DNA from: Candidatus Woesearchaeota archaeon
Lineage (GTDB): Archaea; Nanobdellota; Nanobdellia; SCGC-AAA011-G17; GW2011-AR17
Reading direction: 5' to 3'
Assembly (NCBI GenBank): GCA_016211095.1
Contig: JACQSW010000090.1
Coordinates: forward strand, 1 to 29,148
DNA: 29,148 bases
The notes under the pieces are model-generated. The model made no database searches, was not told where the DNA came from, and saw only the letters and a program-made list of their open reading frames with translations. A program made the translations under genes and the position numbers. Of the stretch, positions 1 through 12,203 are shown piece after piece. Numbering within the stretch: position 1 is the stretch's first letter; each line of letters starts with the position of its first letter.

Positions 1-34
1 CTTATTAAGCATATACTTCTTATAGTTTTTAAAG

Positions 35-155
35 AGTGTTAGTGTGGGGCGACTTAGCGACTAATGCCTTCGGGCGTTATAGCAAATTTTCGGATTTGCT
101 CATTCAAACTTGGTCTTCGTATCGATTTTGAACTAAGCCTAGGCGCGCTAACACT
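35..155 (+). ncRNA. Unassigned structured RNA-like element (four-way junction, three UUCG-capped hairpins, long closing stem)
   Basis: Manual folding gives a closing stem 35-46/144-155 (12 bp, 2 G-U) and an inner stem 53-57/133-137. Hairpins are 62-79 (7 bp, cUUCGg), 81-100 (8 bp, UUCG) and 103-132 (11 bp with mismatches, UUCG in loop). Many G-U pairs fix the + orientation. Function and expression are unknown. Confidence 0.6.
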
Positions 156-177
156 TCAAAATTCTTGTAACAAAAAA

Positions 178-185
178 TTATTAAA
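178..185 (+). promoter_or_regulatory. Archaeal TATA box (TTATTAAA) with A-rich BRE; leaderless promoter of the P-type ATPase
   Basis: Lies 25 nt before ATG 211. The same spacing recurs at several other genes in the window. Confidence 0.55.
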
Positions 186-210
186 CCTGAAAAGGCAAAT
201 AACATAAACT

Positions 211-2805
211 ATGCGCGCTTTTAATGTTGGTGAAGTTCTAAAAGGATTAGAAACAGATAGTGGTGGGTTAAGCAGCGAAGAGGCAAAAGGTCGGCTAACG
301 AAATATGGTTTTAACGAGTTGCGTGGCGAAAAAAGGGTTTCTCCTCTAAAAATTTTTTTAAGCCAATTCAAAGACCCCCTTATTGTTATTCTTTTTGTAG
401 CAACGCTTGTGTCTGTTTATATAAATGAAGTTGCAGATGCTTTTATCATTGCTGCGATTATTGTTCTTAATGCTGTGGTCGGCTTTTTTCAAGAATTCAA
501 GGCAGAAAGGGCTTTTGAGTTGTTGAAAAAAATGAGTGTGCCGCACTGCATTGTCTTTAGGGATAGAAAAGAAGAGGTTATAGAATCAAGATTTTTAGTG
601 TCAGGCGATATAATCATTTTAGGGGCTGGTAATAAGGCGCCAGCTGATGCCCTGCTAATCGAATCGATGAGTTTAGAGGTTGACGAATCTGCTTTAACAG
701 GCGAATCTATCCCTGTCCAAAAGAGTATAGCCGAGGTAGACGAAGGTACCGCCTTGAGCGAAAGAAGCAACATGATTTTTTCTGGAACAACAATCACGCG
801 TGGCACGGGAAAAGCCGTTGTTGTTTCTACTGGTATGAATACTGAGTTTGGAAAAATAGCCAAGCTTGTGCAAACAATTGAAACAGCAACCACCCCTCTC
901 CAGAAAAAACTTCAAGGATTAGGCAAATGGCTAGGGGCAGTGATCCTGTTTATTTGTTTAATAATATTCGGCCTTGGTATCTTAACCGGTAAGTTTAATT
1001 TTTTTGAGCTATTCATGACTGTCTTAAGTTTAGCTGTTGCTGCTATACCTGAAGGATTGCCAGCAGTAGTGACTATTTGCTTGGCTTTAGGCTTGCGGAG
1101 GATGCTTAACCGTAAAGCTCTTATTCGAAGGCTAAAGGCTGTAGAAACTCTTGGAAGCATTACGGTCATCTGTACCGACAAGACTGGTACTCTGACAAAG
1201 AACGAAATGACTGCTATCCAATTATTTGTAAACAACCAGTACATAGATGTTAGCGGTTCAGGCTATGAAACTAGCGGCGAATTCAAAATCAACAACAAAG
1301 CAATCGATCCGAAACGAGTGAAGTTATTGCTGGAAATTGCAGCTTCTTGCAATGACTCAACATTAGAAATTGGTGACCCCACAGAGAGAGCGCTTGTTGT
1401 ATTGGCAAAGAAGGGGTTTGTTGAGAAGGATGAGGCAAGGATTGGTGGGATCCCCTTTGATTCAGACAAAAAGTATATGGCTACATTTCATAAGAATGGC
1501 TTGGCTTATTTTAAGGGTGCTCCAGAAAAAATCCTTGAAATGTGTGGTTACATACAAATAAACAGTTCTAAACGGCGAATAACTTCAAAAGAAAAAAGTG
1601 CAATCCTAAACGAGAGTGGGGAAATGGCTGCTTCTGCATTAAGGGTATTGGCTTGTGCGTATAGCCATGACAAGAAACTGCGAGACCTGACTTTTGTTGG
1701 TTTGGTTGGAATGATTGATCCACCAAGAGATGAAGCCCAAGAATCAATTGCGTTGTGTGAAAAAGCAGGAATAAGGGCAGTAATGATCACAGGGGATCAT
1801 TTGGTGACAGCGAAAGCGATAGCCAACAGAATTGGCTTAAAAGGCGATGCTATCAATGGAGACGAAATTGATAAGCTAAGCATGCCAGAGATGCAGGAAT
1901 TGGTAAAAAAAGTAACAATATTCGCGAGGGCGTCTTCAACGCATAAAGTCAGAATTCTTTCTGCCTTGCAAAAAAATGAAGAGATTGTGGCGATGACTGG
2001 GGATGGTATTAATGATGCGCCTGCACTAAAAAAAGCAAACGTCGGTGTGGCAATGAACATAAAAGGCACAGATGTTAGCCGGGAAGCTGCAGACATGACT
2101 CTTTTGGATGATAATTTTGCGACGATTGTTTCTGCAATAAGGGAGGGTCGCACAATTTATGACAATATCAAAAAGTTTGTCAAGTTCCTCTTAGCAGCTA
2201 ACCTTGGAGAAGTTTTACTTATCCTTATAGCGATAATTGTTAGCCTCCCTCTTCCGCTTCTGCCAATTCATATTCTTTGGATAAACCTTGTTACTGATAG
2301 TTTGCCTGCGCTTGCTTTAAGTGTGGAGAAGTCGGACCCAAAAATTATGGAGAGAAAGCCTCGGCCGGTTAATGAGAGCATATTCCATAATATAAAATTC
2401 TTTTTGATAGTTGCAGGCTTGTTAACAGCAATGAGCAGCTTAGCAGCGTTCTTGGTTTATTATTGGGATGGCGGGGATATTGTTAAAGCTCGGACGATTG
2501 CGCTCACAACAATAGTTGTATTTGAGTTGCTTCTTGTTTTTGCTTGCAGATCAAAAAAATTAACTTTGGTAGAGTTAGGCTTGTTTTCTAATAGGTATTT
2601 AGTTGGAGCAGTCGCTGTCTCATTCATTGCGCACCTCTTAATAATTTATACTCCGCTAAGCGCATTTTTCAAATTGGCCAGTCTAGGGTTGAATGATTGG
2701 CTGATAGTCTTAGCTTTCGGCGCTAGCGGCTTGTTATTTTTTGAAATAAAAAAGTTTTTCTTTCCAAACAAAGAATTAATTGTGCAGCCTTATGCACGTT
2801 TATAA
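211..2805 (+). CDS. P-type ATPase, P2A (Ca2+-transporting, SERCA/PacL-like), 864 aa
   Basis: Motifs [13 protein letters not shown] (M4), DKTGTLT (phospho-Asp), [29 protein letters not shown] and [14 protein letters not shown] (M6); about 10 hydrophobic segments. Confidence 0.96.
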   Translation: MRAFNVGEVLKGLETDSGGLSSEEAKGRLTKYGFNELRGEKRVSPLKIFLSQFKDPLIVILFVATLVSVYINEVADAFIIAAIIVLNAVVGFFQEFKAERAFELLKKMSVPHCIVFRDRKEEVIESRFLVSGDIIILGAGNKAPADALLIESMSLEVDESALTGESIPVQKSIAEVDEGTALSERSNMIFSGTTITRGTGKAVVVSTGMNTEFGKIAKLVQTIETATTPLQKKLQGLGKWLGAVILFICLIIFGLGILTGKFNFFELFMTVLSLAVAAIPEGLPAVVTICLALGLRRMLNRKALIRRLKAVETLGSITVICTDKTGTLTKNEMTAIQLFVNNQYIDVSGSGYETSGEFKINNKAIDPKRVKLLLEIAASCNDSTLEIGDPTERALVVLAKKGFVEKDEARIGGIPFDSDKKYMATFHKNGLAYFKGAPEKILEMCGYIQINSSKRRITSKEKSAILNESGEMAASALRVLACAYSHDKKLRDLTFVGLVGMIDPPRDEAQESIALCEKAGIRAVMITGDHLVTAKAIANRIGLKGDAINGDEIDKLSMPEMQELVKKVTIFARASSTHKVRILSALQKNEEIVAMTGDGINDAPALKKANVGVAMNIKGTDVSREAADMTLLDDNFATIVSAIREGRTIYDNIKKFVKFLLAANLGEVLLILIAIIVSLPLPLLPIHILWINLVTDSLPALALSVEKSDPKIMERKPRPVNESIFHNIKFFLIVAGLLTAMSSLAAFLVYYWDGGDIVKARTIALTTIVVFELLLVFACRSKKLTLVELGLFSNRYLVGAVAVSFIAHLLIIYTPLSAFFKLASLGLNDWLIVLAFGASGLLFFEIKKFFFPNKELIVQPYARL

Positions 2806-4227
2806 AAAATTCTCCGGGTTTATCTTGCTTGTGATAAGCATTCTTTTAATGTTGTAGTCTATTAATAATTCCGTCTTTTTGTCATTATTCTTTTGCAACT
2901 CCCTCTCTAAATCTATTAAAGCTGAGAAGTCCAATTTTTTGTTAGTGTAAGCTTTTATCGTTGATATTCTGGTATTTTCTAAGTTGCTTATGTTCTCGTT
3001 TGTTGCTTTTATCCTGTTTTCTGCTTCCCTTAAGGCGCTGTATAAGTTTGTTATTTCAAGCTTTATGTTATTCTCTTCTTTTTGCATTTCCAAGGAGATG
3101 ATTATTTGGTCTGATTCTGATTTGGATTGCCTTGCTTCTGTATTTTTATCAAAAAATGGGAGGGGTATGTCTATACCTAATCCGAATTTGTACTCCTCTG
3201 TTTCTGGGTTGAATTTTCCTTCTAGGCCTATTTTTGCGTCACGAGTTGGACCTTTTTTGGCGGCTTTTGCTTCTTTTTGTATTGCTTGTTGGAATGCCCT
3301 TAATTTTTTTAGTTCGAGGCTGTTTTGTATTGAATTTTTGATGCAGTATTCTAAGTCTTGATTGAAAGGCAAATATTCTGGTGATGCAGTTATGCTAATT
3401 TCGGTGGTTAGTGCTAATCCTAAAAGGCTTTTGAGATTGTTAAGGATTCTTTCATAGTTGTTTTGCCTATTGTTAAGTGCGTCCTGCGCTGAGGATAGCT
3501 CTGTCGCTGCCCTCATCAAATCTGCCTCGAAGTTTGTTGTTTTTTTAATGATAGAATCATCTTCTTTTATGTTTAAGACGTAACTCTTTTGGTTGCCAAC
3601 GAAGGCGGTTATTTTTAGGACTTCGTAATAGTTTTGGGTTACAAATAGTTTAACGTCCCTAACGGCCTGTTCGTAGGTTATTTCTGCCGCTTCAAGCGTT
3701 GCATCTGCTATTGCCTGCTTTGCCTTTTCGTTAGCAGGAGTGGTGGATAGGTATGGGGTGGGGAAGCTAAATTTTAAGATTAGTTCGGGTTCAAATGTGC
3801 GAAATTGATTGTTTTCTGTAGAAGGTTTTTCTATTAATTCTTCTTTTCTTGTTTCCCGGATTATCCATTCGAGTTCCACTGCGTTTTTGAATTTTTGTTT
3901 TAGGTAGAGGTCTATGTTTGATTCTATTTTTGATTCTTCTTTGTCGTTATCGCCAGTTAAATCTTCTTTTCCTGTGTGGAGGTAGTTTGTTTTAAACCTT
4001 AACCCTACTTGTGGGGCATAATTTGCGTCGAACAAGTTTTTTTCTGCCTTAGCAAGGTTTAGCCTTTCGTTGGCTTGCTGTAATAACAAACTTTCGTGGA
4101 GAGCTAAGTCTAAGGTTGTTGTTTGATCTAATTTTAATGGTTGTGAGCCATTTGAGTAGGTTAATGTGGGGATTAGCAGAGAAGTTGTTGTTATAATTGC
4201 TGCAATTTTTTTAATTCGTTCCTTCAT
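2800..4227 (-). CDS. TolC/OEP-family outer-membrane efflux channel-like protein, 475 aa
   Basis: N-terminal signal-like peptide and two OEP-like repeats: LDLALHES...AKAEKNLFDANYAPQVGL; VKLFVTQNYYEVL; DLMRA...LKSLLGL; CIKNSIQNSLEL; GLGIDIPLPFFD; KAYTNKKLDFSALIDLEREL...DY. Confidence 0.8.
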   Translation of the reverse strand: MKERIKKIAAIITTTSLLIPTLTYSNGSQPLKLDQTTTLDLALHESLLLQQANERLNLAKAEKNLFDANYAPQVGLRFKTNYLHTGKEDLTGDNDKEESKIESNIDLYLKQKFKNAVELEWIIRETRKEELIEKPSTENNQFRTFEPELILKFSFPTPYLSTTPANEKAKQAIADATLEAAEITYEQAVRDVKLFVTQNYYEVLKITAFVGNQKSYVLNIKEDDSIIKKTTNFEADLMRAATELSSAQDALNNRQNNYERILNNLKSLLGLALTTEISITASPEYLPFNQDLEYCIKNSIQNSLELKKLRAFQQAIQKEAKAAKKGPTRDAKIGLEGKFNPETEEYKFGLGIDIPLPFFDKNTEARQSKSESDQIIISLEMQKEENNIKLEITNLYSALREAENRIKATNENISNLENTRISTIKAYTNKKLDFSALIDLERELQKNNDKKTELLIDYNIKRMLITSKINPENFL

Positions 4228-4252
4228 TTTTGTTAGTGGCGATTGTTTTTAG

Positions 4253-4260
4253 TTTATAAA
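4253..4260 (-). promoter_or_regulatory. TATA box (TTTATAAA) with AGAAAA BRE for the TolC-like gene
   Basis: Lies 25 nt upstream of ATG 4227 on the minus strand. Confidence 0.6.
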
Positions 4261-4350
4261 ATTTTCTATCGTGACTATAATTAAGTGGTGAAGATGCTTG
4301 GGGGTTGCTTATTTTATGACTCGCCACACAAAATTTCTTTCTTTTTTTGA

Positions 4351-4683
4351 TTACGCTTTGAACGATTTTTTTCTTCTATTTGTTACGTCATCTTTAAATT
4401 TGTGTTTGATGCAGTTCTCCAACTCCTCACAGACCTTATTAATCGTTCTAGCCAAGTCCCAATCAGCATTCGTGCTAGTAACTAAAACGTTAGGGGCTTG
4501 CAGCCTAAGGTGTATAGAAAATTTTGGAGTATTACCACTTTTCTTATATTTCTTTACAGTAACTATCAATTCGCCTTCTTCGAAATGCCTGCCTACTTTT
4601 TTACTAAAAGAGCCTAGGTGGTCTTGTAGTTTAGCAATCTCAAAGCTGTCAAGGCTGTTTGCGCCTATATAACTTATTTTCAT
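4351..4683 (-). CDS. HPF/RaiA (S30AE)-like ribosome hibernation factor, stand-alone, 110 aa
   Basis: The segment KFSIHLRLQAPNVLVTSTNADWDLARTINKVCEELENCIKHK parallels the HPF beta-beta-alpha pattern (ending DLYAAID...KLERQL.K). A GGAGG SD precedes the ATG. Confidence 0.7.
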   Translation of the reverse strand: MKISYIGANSLDSFEIAKLQDHLGSFSKKVGRHFEEGELIVTVKKYKKSGNTPKFSIHLRLQAPNVLVTSTNADWDLARTINKVCEELENCIKHKFKDDVTNRRKKSFKA

Positions 4684-4918
4684 AAAAATTCCTCCCCAAA
4701 TTTTTTTTATCTTTTTTATCGGAATAAAACTGTTAGGCTTTTAGCCTGCAAATGAATTCCAATGCATATTCTTTTAAAATTAGCATTTAAGTTTTTTTAA
4801 ACCTTTTGTATATGATTTAATAGATATTTTAAAGAACTATTGGCAAAGTTCAAAAATTTCCTCCTTAACATTTATATATCCCTCCTCTTTACTATTCTTA
4901 AACTTTGAAAGGGGGTGT

Positions 4919-6535
4919 TTGAGTATCGTTAATTATTCGAAAGATGAAAAAACTGTTTTGGAACATTTCTTCTCAAACATTGACAAAAATGTCTATTTTG
5001 TGAAAAATTTGCCTGAGGAAGTGTGGGCAACGCTCAAAGGCTCTTACAGCAGGGAACATCTTTCTATGCGTGACAACTTCTTAAAAAAGATGAAAGAAGG
5101 GGGAGCAGACATCAAAGCCTTGGCTGAAGCTATCCGCATAACAAAAGAAGGAACTTCGTTGCAGAGGATAAAATCAAAAATCACCAGAAAACCGGTTGAG
5201 CAGTTAAGCCTTGAATATCTAATAAGCAAGGCGGGAAAGTTTTTGGAGACATGGGCGGTCAAGTATGGGCATAACTCGCTGAAGGAGGGTGCAGTCGCCA
5301 AAATTGCAGTTGAAGACGTTTCAATAATCTTAACTAAAATTATCGAGGATAATAGGTTAGCTTCTTACATAGAAAAATCAACTCGGTATTTGGATTTTAC
5401 AAAGAGCAGCCTCTTCTATGATTCAACATTAATAAGCTCGCATCACTCAAGGAGAGTTGAGGATAATGGAAACATGCTGATGGAGACTTACACAGAAATA
5501 CTCGAAAAACTTACGCCATTTGTTATTAAAAAAAGAGATGCGCTTAAGCCAGAAAAAGAAAAAATGAAAGCGTGGGAGAATGCTTGTAGGGCCGAGGCAT
5601 TCGACTCAGCGAGGTACGTGCTACCCGCGTGTGTCAAAACAAGTTTGGGATGGACTGTGAACGCTAGGGAACTAGAGCACGCAATCACTAAACTTTTATC
5701 AAGCGAGCTTGAAGAGGCGAAAAAGATAGGGGCGCTGCTTAAGGATGAAGGGACAAAAATTTTTCCAACACTCATAAGGCATGCAAAAGAATCTGAATAC
5801 TTAAAAGAAACAAACAAATCAATGAATAATTTATCCAAAAATTTGTTAAAAGATGATCCAAAAGAAGCAAATTTTGTTTCATTAGTTCACTCCGATGAAG
5901 GCTTAGAAGACAAACTGGTGGCTGCAATACTTTACAAATACTCCCAACAACCTTACTCACAAATATTTAAGCAGGTAAAAATTTTTTCTGAAAAACAAAA
6001 AAACGAAGTTTTCGAAGAATATTTGAAAAGGCGCAGCAACCATGAAGCCATGCTTAGGGGGATGGAAGCGGGGGAATTTGTTTTCGACATCCTAATTGAT
6101 TTTGGAGCTTTCAGGGATATACAGCGGCATAGGATTGGAACGCAGATACCCCAAACATTAACCACCTTTCACGGCTACACAACGCCTGAGTTAATAGTTG
6201 AGGCAGGCTTGGAAAAAAAGTTTCGAACAGCAATGGAAGAATCTGCCAAGAACCACCAACTAGTCTACAAAGATTATCCTGAACAAGCTCAGTATATGGT
6301 TCCGTTAGCATTCAAAAAACGGGTTTACCTAAAGTTTAATCCGAGGCAAACAGCATATTTCATTGAACTCAGGTCAGGGGAGCAGGGCCACGTATCTTAC
6401 CGAAAGCTTGCAATAATGATGCATCAGATTATAGAAGAAAAATACCCAAACTTTGCTAAATTCATAAAAGTCAACAAGAACAATATTGATATGCCGAGAT
6501 TAAATGCGGAACTAAAAGCTTTGAACAAGAAATAA
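4919..6535 (+). CDS. thyX: FAD-dependent thymidylate synthase ThyX, tandem two-domain form, 538 aa
   Basis: EKSTRY (SxRY) and ARYVLP..T..G.T.NARELEH in domain 1; DIQRHR and YFIELRS in domain 2. TTG start with a GGGGG SD. Confidence 0.88.
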   Translation: MSIVNYSKDEKTVLEHFFSNIDKNVYFVKNLPEEVWATLKGSYSREHLSMRDNFLKKMKEGGADIKALAEAIRITKEGTSLQRIKSKITRKPVEQLSLEYLISKAGKFLETWAVKYGHNSLKEGAVAKIAVEDVSIILTKIIEDNRLASYIEKSTRYLDFTKSSLFYDSTLISSHHSRRVEDNGNMLMETYTEILEKLTPFVIKKRDALKPEKEKMKAWENACRAEAFDSARYVLPACVKTSLGWTVNARELEHAITKLLSSELEEAKKIGALLKDEGTKIFPTLIRHAKESEYLKETNKSMNNLSKNLLKDDPKEANFVSLVHSDEGLEDKLVAAILYKYSQQPYSQIFKQVKIFSEKQKNEVFEEYLKRRSNHEAMLRGMEAGEFVFDILIDFGAFRDIQRHRIGTQIPQTLTTFHGYTTPELIVEAGLEKKFRTAMEESAKNHQLVYKDYPEQAQYMVPLAFKKRVYLKFNPRQTAYFIELRSGEQGHVSYRKLAIMMHQIIEEKYPNFAKFIKVNKNNIDMPRLNAELKALNKK

Positions 6536-6552
6536 CGTCGTGTTAAAGCTTT

Positions 6553-6663
6553 TTACCTTTTCTTTTTTAAACAGGGTTCACACCTGAATTTAGGGATGTA
6601 GAGGTTTTCGCTTTCAAAAACTTCCAGCGGTTTTCCACAATCAAAACATTTGACTTTTTGCAT
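6553..6663 (-). CDS. 36-aa CxxCG/CxxC zinc-finger microprotein (absent from the ORF track)
   Basis: Manual translation: MQKVKCFDCGKPLEVFESENLYIPKFRCEPCLKKKR*. It has two Cys pairs and its own TATA (TTTATAAA, 6697-6704). Confidence 0.65.
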   Translation of the reverse strand: MQKVKCFDCGKPLEVFESENLYIPKFRCEPCLKKKR

Positions 6664-6696
6664 ATCGTCTCAATTTACAAAGAAAAAGCAGATTCT

Positions 6697-6704
6697 TTTA
6701 TAAA
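6697..6704 (-). promoter_or_regulatory. TATA box (TTTATAAA) upstream of the zinc-finger microprotein
   Basis: A-rich BRE plus TTTATAAA, 33 nt upstream of ATG 6663. Confidence 0.45.
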
Positions 6705-6723
6705 GTTTTTGGAAAAAAAATCT

Positions 6724-7320
6724 TTATCTGCTGGCATCCGCCTGCCTTTCAAGTTCTAGTTTTTTTGCTATCGCGTTTGATGCTTGATCGCAGTTATAAG
6801 CCTTCATTATTTCTTCAGCTAGGCATTCGGTGATACTCTTCTTGGTTTTGAATGATTTTGAGTAAGAACCCTGAATCATTATTCTTAAAGCTATGTCAAT
6901 CCTTCTTTGTGGGCTGCATTCCACTGCTTTAGGATACCTTGCTCCGCCGTATTCAATTGTGGTTATTTCTTCTCTAGGCGCAGCCATCTCTATTGCTTTA
7001 ATAAAAACTTCGATGGGGTTTTTCTTTGTTTTTTGTTCTATCATCTCAAAACATTGTTTTACTATTTTGCTCTTGTTCGCTGCTTTTCCTGGGCAGTGCC
7101 CTGAGCTTATCCTATGTTTTTTCCCTTTGTGACCTGGCACCATCAGTTTGTTGATTAGCCTCTCAACGATATGGTTTTTTGATTTCCAGAAGACCGTTTT
7201 GACATTTCTTCCGCCTGTTTTTGGGATAATTATTGGTTTGATATTTATGTATCTTTGTAAACCTGGGTCTTCAACTTTTATTTGTGAAGTGTCCCATTTG
7301 TTGAATAGTTTGATCATCAT
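6724..7320 (-). CDS. rps7: 30S ribosomal protein S7 (uS7)
   Basis: [29 protein letters not shown] and [20 protein letters not shown] overlap with the S12 stop. Confidence 0.97.
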   Translation of the reverse strand: MMIKLFNKWDTSQIKVEDPGLQRYINIKPIIIPKTGGRNVKTVFWKSKNHIVERLINKLMVPGHKGKKHRISSGHCPGKAANKSKIVKQCFEMIEQKTKKNPIEVFIKAIEMAAPREEITTIEYGGARYPKAVECSPQRRIDIALRIMIQGSYSKSFKTKKSITECLAEEIMKAYNCDQASNAIAKKLELERQADASR

Positions 7321-7754
7321 CTTCTACCCTTTTCTATTTTTCCTCTCACCAATGCGTTTAGTGATTGGTCGTTGACTTTTATTACTTGCCACCTAACGGT
7401 TGGGATGTCGCCTTTTGCCCTCCCCATTTTTCCGCCTATGCATTCAATTAGGACTTCGTCGTGTTCATCGACAATTTTTATAGCGTTATTGCCTGGTACG
7501 AAGGCAGTAATCTTTTTGCCGTTTTTGATTAGTTGGCATCGTACACACTTTCTCATCGCTGAGTTGGGCTGTTTTGCTTCTAATTGTATTTTTTCTAGAA
7601 CGATAGCTTTGGCTTGAGAGCTGCCTTTAAGCGGGTCTGATTTTGCTTTGCGTTTCATAATCCGCTTTACGTAATATGGATCGCGCCATCTACCGCTGTC
7701 TCTCCTCTCTTTGAGTTTTTTTGCAGTGTTTAATCCTCGACTTTTTTTGCCCAT
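7317..7754 (-). CDS. rps12: 30S ribosomal protein S12 (uS12, archaeal type)
   Basis: [27 protein letters not shown] and [14 protein letters not shown]. Confidence 0.98.
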   Translation of the reverse strand: MGKKSRGLNTAKKLKERRDSGRWRDPYYVKRIMKRKAKSDPLKGSSQAKAIVLEKIQLEAKQPNSAMRKCVRCQLIKNGKKITAFVPGNNAIKIVDEHDEVLIECIGGKMGRAKGDIPTVRWQVIKVNDQSLNALVRGKIEKGRR

Positions 7755-7780
7755 TTTTTAAAAGCTGAGATTTGTGGGTG

Positions 7781-7788
7781 TATTTAAA
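7781..7788 (-). promoter_or_regulatory. Internal TATA (TTTAAATA) with BRE (CGAAACG) for S12-S7
   Basis: Lies 26 nt upstream of ATG 7754, in the nusA-S12 gap. Confidence 0.55.
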
Positions 7789-7804
7789 CGTTTCGGAAGC
7801 TTTT

Positions 7805-8209
7805 TTAGACGATTTTTACATCGAGATTGAAGTATCTCTTCATTAAATCGTGGAGTTTTTTAAGGTTTTGTTTATCTCTCCCGAACAGCATACCCTTTTC
7901 TTTATTATTGTTAGTCTTGATAAGTGCAACGCCTTCCTTGATTTCCACTTCGGCAATTATGGGTTTAATAATCCTTTTAAGAAATTCAGACGAATCCGGG
8001 CTGAATTCTATTACCTTTATTGACTTTTTTAGTAAGTTGCCAACTTTTTTTACGTGTGAGCCATTCTTGCCTAACGCTTTTGCCATCTCTCCTGATTGGA
8101 CAACAAAAACAAGTTGGCTGTTCTCGATGAAGCAATCTTTTACTTTAGCTTTTGTTACGTTTTCAAAAAAATTGATGTAACCTATAGTTTCTGCAGAATA
8201 CTCTATCAT
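7805..8209 (-). CDS. nusA: Archaeal NusA (KH domains)
   Basis: FENVTKAKVKDC, ALGKNGSHVKK, IKVIEFS and KGMLFGRDKQNL; canonical position after L30e. Confidence 0.92.
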   Translation of the reverse strand: MIEYSAETIGYINFFENVTKAKVKDCFIENSQLVFVVQSGEMAKALGKNGSHVKKVGNLLKKSIKVIEFSPDSSEFLKRIIKPIIAEVEIKEGVALIKTNNNKEKGMLFGRDKQNLKKLHDLMKRYFNLDVKIV

Positions 8210-8214
8210 TTTTT

Positions 8215-12199
<3,985 letters not shown>

Positions 12200-12203
12200 T
12201 TTT

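Noticed and set aside
35-210. yybP-ykoY (Mn2+), M-box or NiCo riboswitch controlling the P-type ATPase
   Set aside because: The context fits, but the GGGGAGUAGC/CAAUAC-type yybP loops are absent, the element is too short for M-box, and a separate TATA lies between it and the ATG. Not fully excluded without cmscan.
2800-4227. TolC-like gene as simple bacterial contamination
   Set aside because: It overlaps the ATPase stop, has an archaeal TATA/BRE and shares local codon bias. Read mapping is still needed to exclude a chimera.
4285-4327. GTGGTGA/TCGCCAC stem, vaguely like a fluoride riboswitch or SECIS
   Set aside because: Only 7 bp with a ~30-nt unstructured loop, no pseudoknot, and antisense to both flanking genes.
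4797-4853. 18-codon TTG ORF (minus) with an AGGAGG SD
   Set aside because: Too short, no motif, and no properly spaced promoter; may be chance.
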